Origin: Octopus vulgaris
Taxonomy: Eukaryota
NCBI GenBank assembly: GCA_951406725.2
Contig: OX597822.1
Coordinates: 20,584,001 to 20,648,000 of the forward strand
Length of the DNA stretch: 64,000 nucleotides
Direction: 5' to 3'
Positions within the stretch are counted from its first letter, which is position 1. Each line of letters opens with the position of its first letter. The position numbers were made by a program, and so were the translations under genes. The notes under the pieces are model-generated. The model was not told the origin of the DNA. It searched no databases and worked only from the letters and a program-made list of their open reading frames with translations. Of this stretch, positions 24,658 through 36,225 are shown piece by piece.

Positions 24658-24884
24658 TCCTTTACTACCCACAAGGGGCTAAACACAGAGAGGACAAACA
24701 AGGACAGACAGACGGATTAAGTCGATTATATTGACCCCGGTGCGTAACTAGTACTTATTTAATCGACCCCGAAAGGATGAAAGGCAAAGTCGACCTCGGC
24801 TGAATTTGAACTCAGAACGTAGCGGCAGACGAAATACCGCTAAGCATTTCGCCCGACGTGCTAACGTTTCTGCCAGGTCGCCTT
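24658..24884 (-). mobile_element. SINE family B with 14-bp TSD
   Basis: TSD AGTCAAACACCTTT at 24644-24657 and 24885-24898. The central GTCGACTTTGCCTTTCATCCTTTCGGGGTCGAT..AAGTAC domain resembles the conserved Meta/MESC SINE body (from memory). Confidence 0.85.
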
Positions 24885-25274
24885 AGTCAAACACCTTTCT
24901 ACTGACCATTCCTCTATGCACGCGTGAAGAGACACACAACAAAGGACCGCCATCCCTGTTACCATGCTGCTGGATTCTTCCTACAACCTTAAGAAACACA
25001 AAGTTCATTTCACATACACATATAAACAGTGAACAACACACAAACACCACACACACAACACACACGCACATACACACACACACATACACACACAGAATTG
25101 CGAGCGCGCACATACCCACACATACGCACACATACCTCCTTCTCTTACACTTTCCTGTCTTAGAAAGAACTTTTTCTTCACCCATTCCCTTCTGATCATT
25201 TCAAAATATAACCTTGTGCGGATCGTTGGCGATTTTTTTCCTTCCGTCTTCCTTGGACTTTCCTCCGTCTCCTA

Positions 25275-25307
25275 TTTCTGAGGAAGAGGTTTGATTGAAA
25301 CGTAAAA
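25275..25307 (+). ncRNA. Degenerate minimal hammerhead-like motif in the putative PLE 3' repeat
   Basis: TTT|CTGAGGA|A GAG-gtttg-ATT|GAAA|CG|TA|AAA; stem II is decayed. Confidence 0.35.
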
Positions 25308-25404
25308 CCACTTTTCTTTCCTTCCCTGAGCGTCTGCGCATTGTTGCTTTGTTCTTCGTTTTTTTTTGGGGTGGGGGGGGGGGGGGTGAGGTTACTATAT
25401 ATAT

Positions 25405-25985
25405 ACAAACAAAAGCATTGGTCCCTAGTGGAATAGAAATCTACCATAGGTTTTTACTCCACTCTAAACGGTTTGCGACGTTTGTGTTTGAAAGTAGTGG
25501 TTTTCTGATTGCAGCCCTCTCATGAAATCTGGCTTTGTGCAAGCAAACAGTTTTTGTCAATACTGGGTTCTCGTGGTTATCATTAAGCTCTGCAGTAATT
25601 TTGGAAGCTATACTTTTGTGACCCTTTCTAACCATTCGCGTAAGTTTTGGTTTTCTTCCGGAGTTTTGTTTCGACGAGGTTTTCCCCTCTTTCTCAAAGG
25701 CTGCCATTACTTTCGAGACAGTACTTTTTCATATACCAAACATTTAGCCTGTTTTCGTTACGCTAGCACCTGTCATACAAACACCAACAATTTGGCTTCT
25801 CTGAAACTCTGATAGATCTGTCATTTTAATGAATTTTAATTACCTTTTTCTGATGATATCTGAAAAGAAATTAATTTTAGCAAAACATAAAACATAAAAA
25901 TAAACAAGCTTTTGACGGTTTTATAGATATTTCAAAATGATGATGCTATGATGATTGGTGCTTCCATTATTTTGTCCAACCCCTG
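25405..25985 (-). mobile_element. Tc1-like transposon 5' end (TIR plus paired-like DNA-binding fragment)
   Basis: TA+CAGGGGTTGGACAAAATAATGGAAGCACC TIR; SGRKPKL...ITAELN...RAAIRKPLLS..N...RLEW. Confidence 0.8.
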
Positions 25986-26004
25986 TATATATATGCATGT
26001 ATGT

Positions 26005-26388
26005 GCGTTTGTCCTTGTTCCCTCAGCATCGCTTGACAACCGATGTCGGTGTGTTTACGTTCCTGTAAAATAGCAGTTCGGCAAAAGAGATCGATAGAGT
26101 ATGTACTAGGATTACAAAGAATAAGTTCGGGGATCAATTTGTTCGACTAAAGGCGATGCTCTAGCATGGCCGTAGTCAAATGCCTGAAGCAAATAAAAGA
26201 ATATATATATATATGTATATATATAAAGGCGTAGGAGTGGCTGTGTGGTAAGTAGCTTGTTTACTAACCACATGGTTCCGGGTTCAGTCCCACTGCGTGG
26301 CACCTTGGGCAAGTGTCTTCTATAGCCTCGGGCCGACCAAAGCCTTGTGAGTGGATTTGGTAGACGGAAACTGAAAGAAGCCCGTCGT
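26005..26388 (+). mobile_element. Two SINE family A fragments (3' half 26005-26200; 5' half 26228-26388)
   Basis: GGCGTAGGAGTGGCTGTGTGGTAAG...GGTTCAGTCCC intact head. Confidence 0.85.
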
Positions 26389-26414
26389 ATATATGTATAT
26401 ATGTATATATATAT

Positions 26415-26995
26415 ATGTCCCCCTCCTCCTTCCCTCTTCCTTGCCTATAAAACAAAATTCCTTAACACGTGGTTCCCACTATTGAAAAGACTGCCTCCAC
26501 GCGCTGCTACTACACTTTCGTCCTTGCCAGCAAAAGGCTTCTTCGTTCGTCCCCGTGTGTGGTTGATTTCCTGTATAGTATTCTTGTTATTTTCTCGTTT
26601 TGTAACTAATTGTACTTTTTGTACATGTATTTTTATTTTTGCAGTTTTATAGTTTGTCTATGCCAGAAAAAAGGCTTTTTCGTTCGTCCTCTTGTGTTTG
26701 TTTTTGTACATGTATTTTAATTTTGCAGCAGTCTTATTGTTACGTCTTGTTTGTGTTCGTACTCATTTTGCCCCGCTGCTTGAAATTTTATTTTAATTCT
26801 CTCGCAGGAAGGCCTATTGGATTAGTGTTCTGTTATGCCTTCGAAACATGCCTGACTCCTCTAGCGACAGCTGATGACGGGGGTTTTGTCCTTGTGTAGC
26901 TCGTCCTGTAATTGTTTTTCGTTTTCCGTTTTCTTGTTTTTTGTTTTTTGGCTTTTTCCGTTTCTACGTCTTTTTGTGATGTCCTGTACTCCCGT
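26415..26995 (+). mobile_element. Unclassified interspersed repeat (possible PLE terminal repeat) in (TA)n
   Basis: Its 3' part (GACAGCTGATGACGGGG...GTCCTGTAC) matches the reverse complement of 33925-34075. Confidence 0.45.
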
Positions 26996-27083
26996 ATAAT
27001 TATTTATATATGCATGTATATATACATGTAGATGTAGGTACGTACATGTATGTTTGTATGTATGCATATATTTTTATTTATCT

Positions 27084-27145
<62 letters not shown>

Positions 27146-27249
27146 GTGTATGTGTGTATATGTTTGTGTGTCTGCGTTTGTCCCCCCCAACATCGCTTGA
27201 CAACCGATGCTGGTGTGTATATTTATATTGTGTGTATATATATATATTG

Positions 27250-27282
<33 letters not shown>

Positions 27283-27999
27283 TATAAATGTATATTGTAT
27301 AAATATATATATTATGTATATATATTGTGTGTATATGTATATTTTATAAATATATATATATACATATATATATATATATGTATTGTGTATATATATATTG
27401 TGTATATATAATATAGTATGTATACAGATATATAGTATATATATATATACATAGCGTATATATATACGGTGTATATATATGTATGTATGTATGTATGTAT
27501 ATAAATATAAATTCGATTAGAGATTGTGTTAACCTCATGAAGAGTAATTTTATTCAGCTGAATACATGTCATTGATTGGTTGAAATTACCGAAATACAAC
27601 AGCTTTAACACGAAATAACTTTGAAAATATAAACTTTTCTCAAAAACGCTAAGAGTAAAAGATAATTTATATGACACATTCTACCAGCATACGAAGTTTG
27701 TAAGTGTTTAGTTACAAAAAACCATTTTCTAAATCTGCCAATCAAAAGGTAAAGATCTGATGCATATATAAAAACATATAGTTTATATTCATATGAAAGA
27801 AGAAAAAGAAAATGAAGATTAGGAAGTTTATAACAGCAAATTAATCATCTTCACTTACAGCTTTTTCAATTAATACTCAGTAAATATTAAGCAAATATTA
27901 AATTCCTATTTATATGTCGTGAGCATAATATTTTCAGTGGAGAAAAGGTATACCCTTGGATGTTTTATATGTGCTTATGGATTTATTATAGCAGACTGA

Positions 28000-28142
28000 T
28001 TCAGCGGTTCGGTTTGAGAGATCGATAGAATATGTACTAGGCTTAAAAACAGAAGTCCTGGGGTCAATACATTCGACTAAGAATTCTTCAGTACCGTGCT
28101 CCAGCATGGCCGCAGTCAGATCACTGAAACGAATAAAAGAAT
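28000..28142 (+). mobile_element. SINE family A, 3' part
   Basis: GTCCTGGGGTCAATACATTCGACTAA...CTCCAGCATGGCCGCAGTC. Confidence 0.75.
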
Positions 28143-29639
28143 ACATATAATATTATATACATCTCTCTCTCTCTCTCTTTCGCACACAGACACATATAGT
28201 ATATTTTATATATACTGCAGTTATTAATATTCCACGTTTAAGAGCCCTATCTCCAACTAGTTAATATGCTATTTCAAATATACTAGATAGAAAATATTAT
28301 TTACTTTCTTTATAAATAATTATTTACTTTCTCTTATACTTATTTCCGTTTCTGAAGTATTCACGTTTTATATACTTTATACATCGAATAGTTAATTGTT
28401 AAAATGTTTGAACACACTTCAAATTATGTGAAAATGTATCGTTCGTCTCATGGAAAATAATTTTGAATATCTTTGAAATGTAAACAAATGTAAACATGAA
28501 ACAATAGAAAAATAAGTTATTATCTCTCTTGTGTGGTATTTGAAACCGTGTCCTAACTTTTTGAAGATATATATCATCTAAATGAGAAATTTTTATATCT
28601 ACAGCATTCCAATACATTTCATGTGAAGTATAAGTGTGTACGGTTATGTTACAAATATTGGTGGAGTCCTTTAAATGAACCTGATTTGATAGAAATGCAT
28701 ACAAATTTTGTAGGTTGCAAGTGTGAGATACTCACTTCGATCTCCCTGCGTGATACCTTGAGCAATTTTCTATATACTCTGTGTAGTATCCTGTGGGTTG
28801 ATTTTTACCTGTAATTTAAGAAAGGTAGTTGTACAGGCCTACCTCACTGTGTCCTGGTTGTGCGTCAGAATTATGTTAAAGGCCACGTGTTTGTGGAACA
28901 TTCATATGTTGATTTAGCAACAGCTTATTCAGTTAATCGAACAACTAAATTTTCATTTAGTCAAACGACAGAGACCACCCACCACCATACCAATCTAAAT
29001 GTGGACCAGAATGTGGAAAGAATAAGCTATTTTCCAACTTACATAGTATTTAAGACCGTGTATCAAGTTTTGCAGATACAATTATATTTTTATGCTTGGT
29101 ATTTTATGCTTGATACTTTAGGTAGTGGGGAGCGACTTTTTTTTACTACTTCAGGGAGTGACGACCCTGCCTGACACGAGTCCCGGGCTCAGCTGGATCC
29201 GGCTGACAGTACCCGGTATGGGCCCCTATTCAGGGTTACGAAAAAGAGACAACCTTCAAAGAAATCCGGAGTGGAGCCCCGTAGGTGGTTTAGTGTTCGA
29301 CTCGACACTCTTCCAGCAACTCCTGCAACCAAGCTGGTGTCAAACGTAATGCTCTGCATTCCTTTGGACTACGTCACCAAGGTCGAGAGAGGAATTCTGA
29401 CGATTGGACTACCCAGGATTTTCTGACATCTAGCCCAGGCCTGCGCAAAACTGGAGAGGACATGAAATGTAAAAACCAGACTGGGTTAGTTTATGTGCAA
29501 TTCTATTGTCTCCCGAGACAAAAGGATGTCAACAACAATTTTAACAACCTATTTTAGTTATACTGTCCCATTATTGATGGTCCAGATTAATTCCTTGAGC
29601 GCAAAGACAGTTGTTTGATATATCTATAAATACATAACG

Positions 29640-31670
29640 AAGCTTAAACGCCATTTGGAAGATGATGCAGACGAAAAAATTACTCTGCAAATGGCTGCAG
29701 TGTTGGACTCTCCAATCCAGACGAGGAACTATCTTTACTATTTAATATTTGCTCACAATCCAACCCACAACATCTTTGACATAAAATTAATTACAAAAAG
29801 AAATGCTGTGGTAAACTTAACGATATTCCAAAAACAAAAAAGAAAATATATACTCAACGCTTAGCTCCGATTTTATAAACGCACTGATTTCCAGTAAAAA
29901 TATTGTACAGTTCATGTTGTAGCTAATGTCAGTTGAAATTCTTCAGGCAACTAGATATGACATTCAACAACAAGAACAGTATGTTCATTGATATGAATTC
30001 ATTTTGGTTCCAGAAATATTTTTCTCTGATGCTCCTAGTGGAATAGGTAAAACGGCTTTTTTTTAAAATTTTGGTCAACCTAATTTTGACAAAAGGTTCG
30101 TTACACATGCAGATTGGTATTAAAGTAGTCTCACCTGGAAATGCTGCAATTTTTCTCACTGGTGGCACGACTTGTCATTTTGTTTTTAAGATGCCATTCA
30201 ACTTTGCACATAATGACAGTCATGTGTGCAATATTGACAAAGGATCTTACAAGCGGAGGTTTCTGAACATGGCTAGATTCAAAATAATGTTCGAGTGCCC
30301 AGTGTCTCACGGAGTTGCACATGAAGCTCTCTATTGAACCTTACAAAACTTAAGAAATAAAACAAGCACCATGGGTGGGGTTGTAGGCTTATTCACTGTT
30401 GATTTCAAACATTTTGCCAATCATCTCAAAGAACACCTAATGAGTTGAGAAAATACCTCAAAGAAACTTGCACTTGGAGCCAGAAAGAAATTTTCATTGA
30501 TCATCATCTTAACAGATGCGGTTATTAAAGATGTCGCAGCTGTCAGTCTTGTTTGCAAAAGTTTTACTTTAGTTAGGGGTAACAATGAGCCATCAGTTTA
30601 TAATTGGTGATATCAAAATAGAAAAAAATGTAGATTAATTATATATTCATCTCTACAAATCCTATTTAAAGTTTATTCTTGAATCTCATAGAATTTTAGA
30701 AAGTATTTATAGCTTTCTGAATGTGTCTATCTTCCCAAGATAACATAACGCCGGATGCTAATATCCTTCGTATCACAGGAATAAGGCCTGAAGTTTTGTG
30801 GGAGAGGGATAGTCGAAAAGATCGACCTCACTGATCGACTGGTACATATTTCATCTACCCCAAAAAGATAAAATGCAAAGTCGACCTTGACAGTATTTGA
30901 ACTCAGAAATGCCTCCAAGCATTTTGTTTGGCGTGTTAATAATTCTGCCAGCTCGCTGCCTTATGCAGGATACTAATATCGATTTCAAATTTTGGCTCAA
31001 GGCCAGCAATTTCGAGGTAGGGTGTTAGTCGGTTACATCGACCAAAGTGTCTAACTGTTACTTATTTTATTGAACTTGAAAGGATGAAATGCAAAGTTGA
31101 CCCCCGCGGAATTTGAACTCAGAAAGTAAAGACGGACGAAATGCCATCAAGCATTTTGCCCGGCGTTCTAACGATTCTGTCAGCTCACTGCTTTTGCAGG
31201 ATACTGATATCATCATTTAACAGGTACCAGCCCAATCCAGATGGAAGTTGTCAATTCACGTTGGTGTTAACGATGGTTACAACTATACAACAGGGTTTCA
31301 CAATTTTCTTCAGCCCACTGATGACCCTCTTCACCACAGTCAGCAGCTGAGCGTAGGAACACTCATTATGCTGCTTTTAAATATGGATAAACTAAAACTT
31401 TGTAGTAGTATAAGAATAGTTGTCTTGCGTACCATGTAATCGAAGACACCATTATCATTGAGTGTGCCAAGACAGATGTTTTCACTCCACACATTTCTCA
31501 CATTTCAACAGAAATGCAATATCGGTTCGAGCGCTTTCAATTCTCAGTGAAATGAGTATGTTTCCTATAATCACCAATGTTCTTTTGGAGAGTTCATCAA
31601 GGTTGGTGATATTAATGAGACAAGTCTGTTTTACTCACGGTCAGTTCTATTTTGATTGTTCTGCGAATTA
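29640..31670 (+). pseudogene. Helitron Rep/Hel PIF1-family helicase fossil, interrupted by two SINEs
   Basis: LEDD...TLQMAAVLDSP; Walker A DAPSGIGKT (30028-30054); SPGNAAIFLTGGTTCHFVFKMP..CNIDKGS; MGGVVGLFTVDF; LSVGTLIMLLLNM..KLCSSIR; CFTHGQFY. Confidence 0.85.
30770..31192 (-). mobile_element. Two tandem SINE family B copies (30770-30963, 30981-31192)
   Basis: Both have GCAAAGT(C/T)GACC...ATTTGAACTCAGAA...AAGCATTTTG...ATTCTG(C/T)CAGCTC, and are separated and flanked by GGAT(G/A)CT(A/G)ATATC. Confidence 0.8.
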
Positions 31671-31939
31671 ATTCTATTTTATGTGTTGCATTGCAATTTA
31701 GTGTTGTAAGGAAATAAAGTAAAGCAGAAAATTATCAATAAACACAGTTTTAAAAGCTTCACAAGTCACAGAAATTTGGAAATGTTCAACTTTATGCTGA
31801 TATCAAAGTTGTAATAAAATATATGCACATAACATACAAAATCACTCCATAAAAAAAAAACTTGCTGTAAGTCATTTAGTATAACATATATAATTTAAAT
31901 ATATAATCTGTGTGTGTATGAATATACGTGCATGTGTGT

Positions 31940-31977
<38 letters not shown>

Positions 31978-32007
31978 ACATATAAACATATACATAAACG
32001 CACATAC

Positions 32008-32052
<45 letters not shown>

Positions 32053-32568
32053 TTTCATATATAATAGTGTATAAACAATTTACGGATTTATACACGAAAG
32101 AGGTGACCTTTGACAGGACACCTTACATGCTAGAAAGGGCAGTTAAAGCTCAAACCACGAATAAGAGCAATTTCAAAGGCAACTTTCTACCCTTATTAGT
32201 TTCACAGTAAAATTTTCGTAGTTTCAAACCCTTTCTGGCACGCAGTTTTAATTTTTCATTATTTGCTGTCGAATGTAACTGCTCTTGCGCAGTAGATTTG
32301 AAAGTATAATGTATAAGTATGTAGTGCATGGATTTTCGGTGCTATTTGCTGCATAAATATTCATTAATTTTAGCGTACTCACTGTAGAAGTACAGAGGGC
32401 AAATTAATTTATTTTGCACACTGATGCAGAAACTCGAGCCTGAGCTATCTACAAAAATATTTTTTTAAATTTTAATTTCCTTTGGAATTGCTGCTTTTCG
32501 CGTCCTGTCAAAGGTCACCTTTTGCGTGTATAAATTCGTAAATTGTTTATGCACTATTATATATGAAA
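32053..32568. mobile_element. MITE with ~65-70-bp terminal inverted repeats
   Basis: TTTCATATATAATAGTGTATAAACAATTTACG...AGGTGACCTTTGACAGGAC versus GTCCTGTCAAAGGTCACCT...CGTAAATTGTTTATGCACTATTATATATGAAA. Confidence 0.85.
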
Positions 32569-33387
32569 ATATGTTTATTGACTTTATTACACATGCTAGC
32601 CACCGGTATGAAATTTTCTTCTGAATTTTCTACCCTTATTATTTTCACAGTATATATTATTATTTCCACTATATATATATATATTGAGGTTATAGGAGGT
32701 AATGGTGTCATTGAGACCCAAAGGTGTCAGATAATGCTGAATAAGTGCTATAGACAGACCATAGTTAAGTTCCAGGTTCGGTGATTTTGCGAATAAGGGT
32801 TTCAACGTTGGTCATATGCCAGCGTGTGTATATAAGAATTTTTTGCGTAATGAGATAAAAAAACCAACGGTGTGTAGATATTAGAACATTTATAGATAGA
32901 AGGTCTTACAGCTGTTTCCAGGATATTTATTAATTATGTCCCTTCATCGGAGACAGTGTGAGGGGATGGTTAAGTAATAATTAATTTAGATAGGATACAA
33001 AATAGAGAGTGAGGTGGAGGAAAGAAAATAGATGTGAAATATGTAGGGATATTGAATTTATAGATCCATTTTTAGGCAGAATGGTATATATGTAAGATTC
33101 AAATACCTTATGAGAAAAATCCAACAGTATTTAAAATATTTAAATACTGTTGAATTTTTCTCATAAGGTATTTGAATCTTACATATATACCATTCTGCCT
33201 AAAATATTTAAATACTGTTGAATTTTTCTCATAAGGTATTTGAATCTTACATATATACCATTCTGCCTAAAAATGGATCTACAAATTCAATATCCCTACA
33301 TATTTCACATCTATTTTCTTTCCTCCACCTCACTCTCTATTTTGTATCCTATCTAAATTAATTATTACTTAACCATACCCTCACACT

Positions 33388-33439
33388 GTCTCCGATGAAG
33401 GGACATAATTAATAAATATCCTGGAAACAGCTGTAAGAC
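33388..33439 (+). ncRNA. Candidate minimal hammerhead ribozyme (CCGAUGA core); mirror copy at 32903-32954 (-)
   Basis: GTCT|CCGATGA|a|GGGACAT-aattaataa-ATATCCT|g|GAAA|CAGCTG|TA|AGAC. Confidence 0.65.
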
Positions 33440-33468
33440 CTGTCTATAAATGTTCTTATATATACACA

Positions 33469-33703
33469 TCTATTTTTTTACTACCCACAAGAGGCTAAAC
33501 ACAGAGAGGGCAAACAAGGACAGACAAACGGATTAAGTCGATTATATCGACCCCAGTGCGTAACTGGTGCTTATTTAATCGACCCTGAAAGGATGAAAGG
33601 CAAAGTCGACCTCGGCGGAATTTTAACCCAGAACGTAGCGGCAGACGAAGTACTGCTAAGCATTTCGCCCGACGTGCTAACGATTCTGCCAGCTCTCCGC
33701 CTT
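33469..33703 (-). mobile_element. SINE family B inserted in the fold-back arm
   Basis: TSD ATATATACACA on both sides; absent from the left arm. Confidence 0.85.
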
Positions 33704-33838
33704 AATATATACACACCGTTGGTTTTTTTATCTCATTACGCAAAAAATTCTTATATATATATATATACACACACACTTACTTGGAAACGGATGCATCGCG
33801 TTCAATTAAATAATAAATTATAAGTAATATATATATAC

Positions 33839-33916
<78 letters not shown>

Positions 33917-34306
33917 GTATATATGGGTACAGGACCTCACCGATGGTGAAATACGTAAACAAACGAGAGATAATCGAGTGGAAAACCTAAACAACAAGAA
34001 AAATATGGAAAACAGGAGAAATTAACACAGAGAAAGTACCCCTCATCAGTTGTCAGTTGTCTATCTACTCCTCATTTGTCGTCGAATGCTTGAAATGTAG
34101 CAGTTGATAAAGAGATAAATGAATTAGAAATGAATTACAACGCTTACAACCCTATGACCCCACTATGCTCCATGCGATTCTTACAAGTTGTAGTCTATTC
34201 CTAGTTACAATAACAACAACATGTATTTCTTCCATCTAACTCTATTAAACTATATAGGTAAAATTATATTGATGTGTCCTAATTGTTAAAATTCTGTTTA
34301 TTTGTT

Positions 34307-34378
34307 CAGCTGAAGATAGCACTGCATTTAAATTGATGTATTGATTTCATTGTTCAATTACTTGAAACGGTCGTTCTG
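34307..34378 (+). ncRNA. Degenerate hammerhead-like motif
   Basis: CAG|CTGAAGA|long AT-rich stem II region|GAAA|CGGTCG|TT|CTG. Confidence 0.3.
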
Positions 34379-34796
34379 CATTACTACTTTATATCCTTTT
34401 GCTTATTTTGATAATATATATATACATATGGGTAGATGTATGCATGTATGTATATGTGGCCGCATGGCATAGTATTTAGGGTGTTACGATCGTGAGTTCA
34501 TTGTTTCATTTCCTGGATCGGGTGGTGTTCTTGAGCAAAACAAATCCTCTCACGTTGCTTTGCAATCAATTCGACATCTGACGTTGCTTTGCAATCAATT
34601 CACCATGCACCTCTCAAGGACACGTCGATTCCATGGAGGGAGTTGGCTAATGTACAGTACATACATTTAATCACTATAAACAAATTATTTGTGCAGCTTG
34701 AGCAGTAAGAAATTGCAGAACACCGTCTTTCTCAGAGGCTACCACCATTTATGTGTGTATCTGCGAAATTATATATATGTTTGTGTGCGTGTGTGT

Positions 34797-34861
34797 ACTT
34801 TTATCCTATTTGTTTTAGTCTCTAGACAGCGGCCATGCTGGGACACCAAGTAGTGGTAGGA

Positions 34862-34922
<61 letters not shown>

Positions 34923-35100
34923 ATATATATATGTATTATATATATATATACGACGGGCTTCATTCAGTTTCCGTCTACCAAATCCACTCAGAAGGCTTTG
35001 CTTGGTCCGAGGCTACAGTAGAAGATACCTGCCCAAGGTGTCATACAGTGGGATTGAACCCGAATAATGTAGTTTAGAAGCAAACTTTTTAACCACACAT
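34797..35100 (-). mobile_element. SINE family A, internally deleted
   Basis: GACGGGCTTCATTCAGTTTCCGTCTACCAAATCCACTCA...CCCAAGGTG. Confidence 0.75.
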
Positions 35101-35114
35101 ACATGCATACATAC

Positions 35115-36192
35115 ATAACTTGAGAAATTAGGCGACTCAAAACCAGAAAGGTGAAAGCTAATTCGAAGACTACAAATCCAATCCATCACTGGAACTGTAA
35201 AAATCTGTAAAACTTTCCAGAAGTTTATCATTTAAATATATATGAGCATGTCCAAATATGCAACTACAAGGTCTGATCAATAAGTATCCGGACTGTTGCC
35301 ATAATAACGAAGCTAAAGTACGCAGATTAAAACCGCTATGCACCTTGATCTCTGTTGTGCATGTGCACTCAGTTTTAACGTTGTAGCTCACTTTTTCTGT
35401 TTAAAGTAGCGCTTGGAAGGTGTGTAGCGTGTGATAGTCGCATTGACCATGGCAGAGAAAGTTGCTATGGCGGTGCCTGCTCAGAGGCCTACGCAGTTGT
35501 AGAAAGTTGTAGAAAGAGTATGGAGAGGAGTGTATGAGTCGGACATAAGTGTACGAGTGATTCAGCCATTTCCAGGATGGCTGAAAAATGTCGACATTGA
35601 CGAACGTTCTGGGAGACCCGCAACCAGCAGAACTGAGATATACATCGTAGATGTGCATCCAGCTATGAAGCGAAATCGTCGATTCCCCGTCCAGAGGTTA
35701 TCAGAAGATGTACAGATTAGTTACGGTTCAGTTCAGTTCAGTCTGTTATCACTGAAGATTGAGTAATGAGACACGTGTCTGCCAGTTTGTGTCAAAACTA
35801 CTTTCAGTTGACCAAAAGGACGCTCGGGTTTCAGTTGCATAAAATCTCCTTGATTGTGTGGAGAACGATGAAGTCTTTTTGAAAACCTTGCGTGGGTCTC
35901 TGAGCAGGTATCACCAAACTTTTGGCAAAATTTGATGCAAATTCTCCGCTAGACTTTCTCTGTCATGTTCATTGCGACGATCACACGCAACACAGCTTCC
36001 TCCCAAGCGCTGCTGTAAACGGTGGAAGTGAGCTAGGACGTTAAAACTTAGTGCGCAGAGTTTAAGGTCAATCTGTGCCGAGCGGCTTCATTCTGCGTGC
36101 TTTAGCTTCGTTACTATGGCAATAGTCCGGATACTTATTGATCAGACTACGTATATATATGAGAATACATAAAACAAAACATAAACCTGCCC

Positions 36193-36225
<33 letters not shown>

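Larger units (their letters stand above)
32826..33756. mobile_element. Large fold-back PLE-type element (~310-bp arms) with a ~69-bp tandem duplication and a SINE insertion in the right arm
   Basis: Left arm 32826-33133 is the reverse complement of the right arm; centre CAGTATTTAAAATATTTAAATACTG; hammerhead-like motifs at 32903-32954 (-) and 33388-33439 (+). Confidence 0.85.

Noticed and set aside
26228-26300. tRNA-like A/B-box sequences (also ~54290-54360)
   Set aside because: SINE heads continuing into SINE bodies; no complete cloverleaf.
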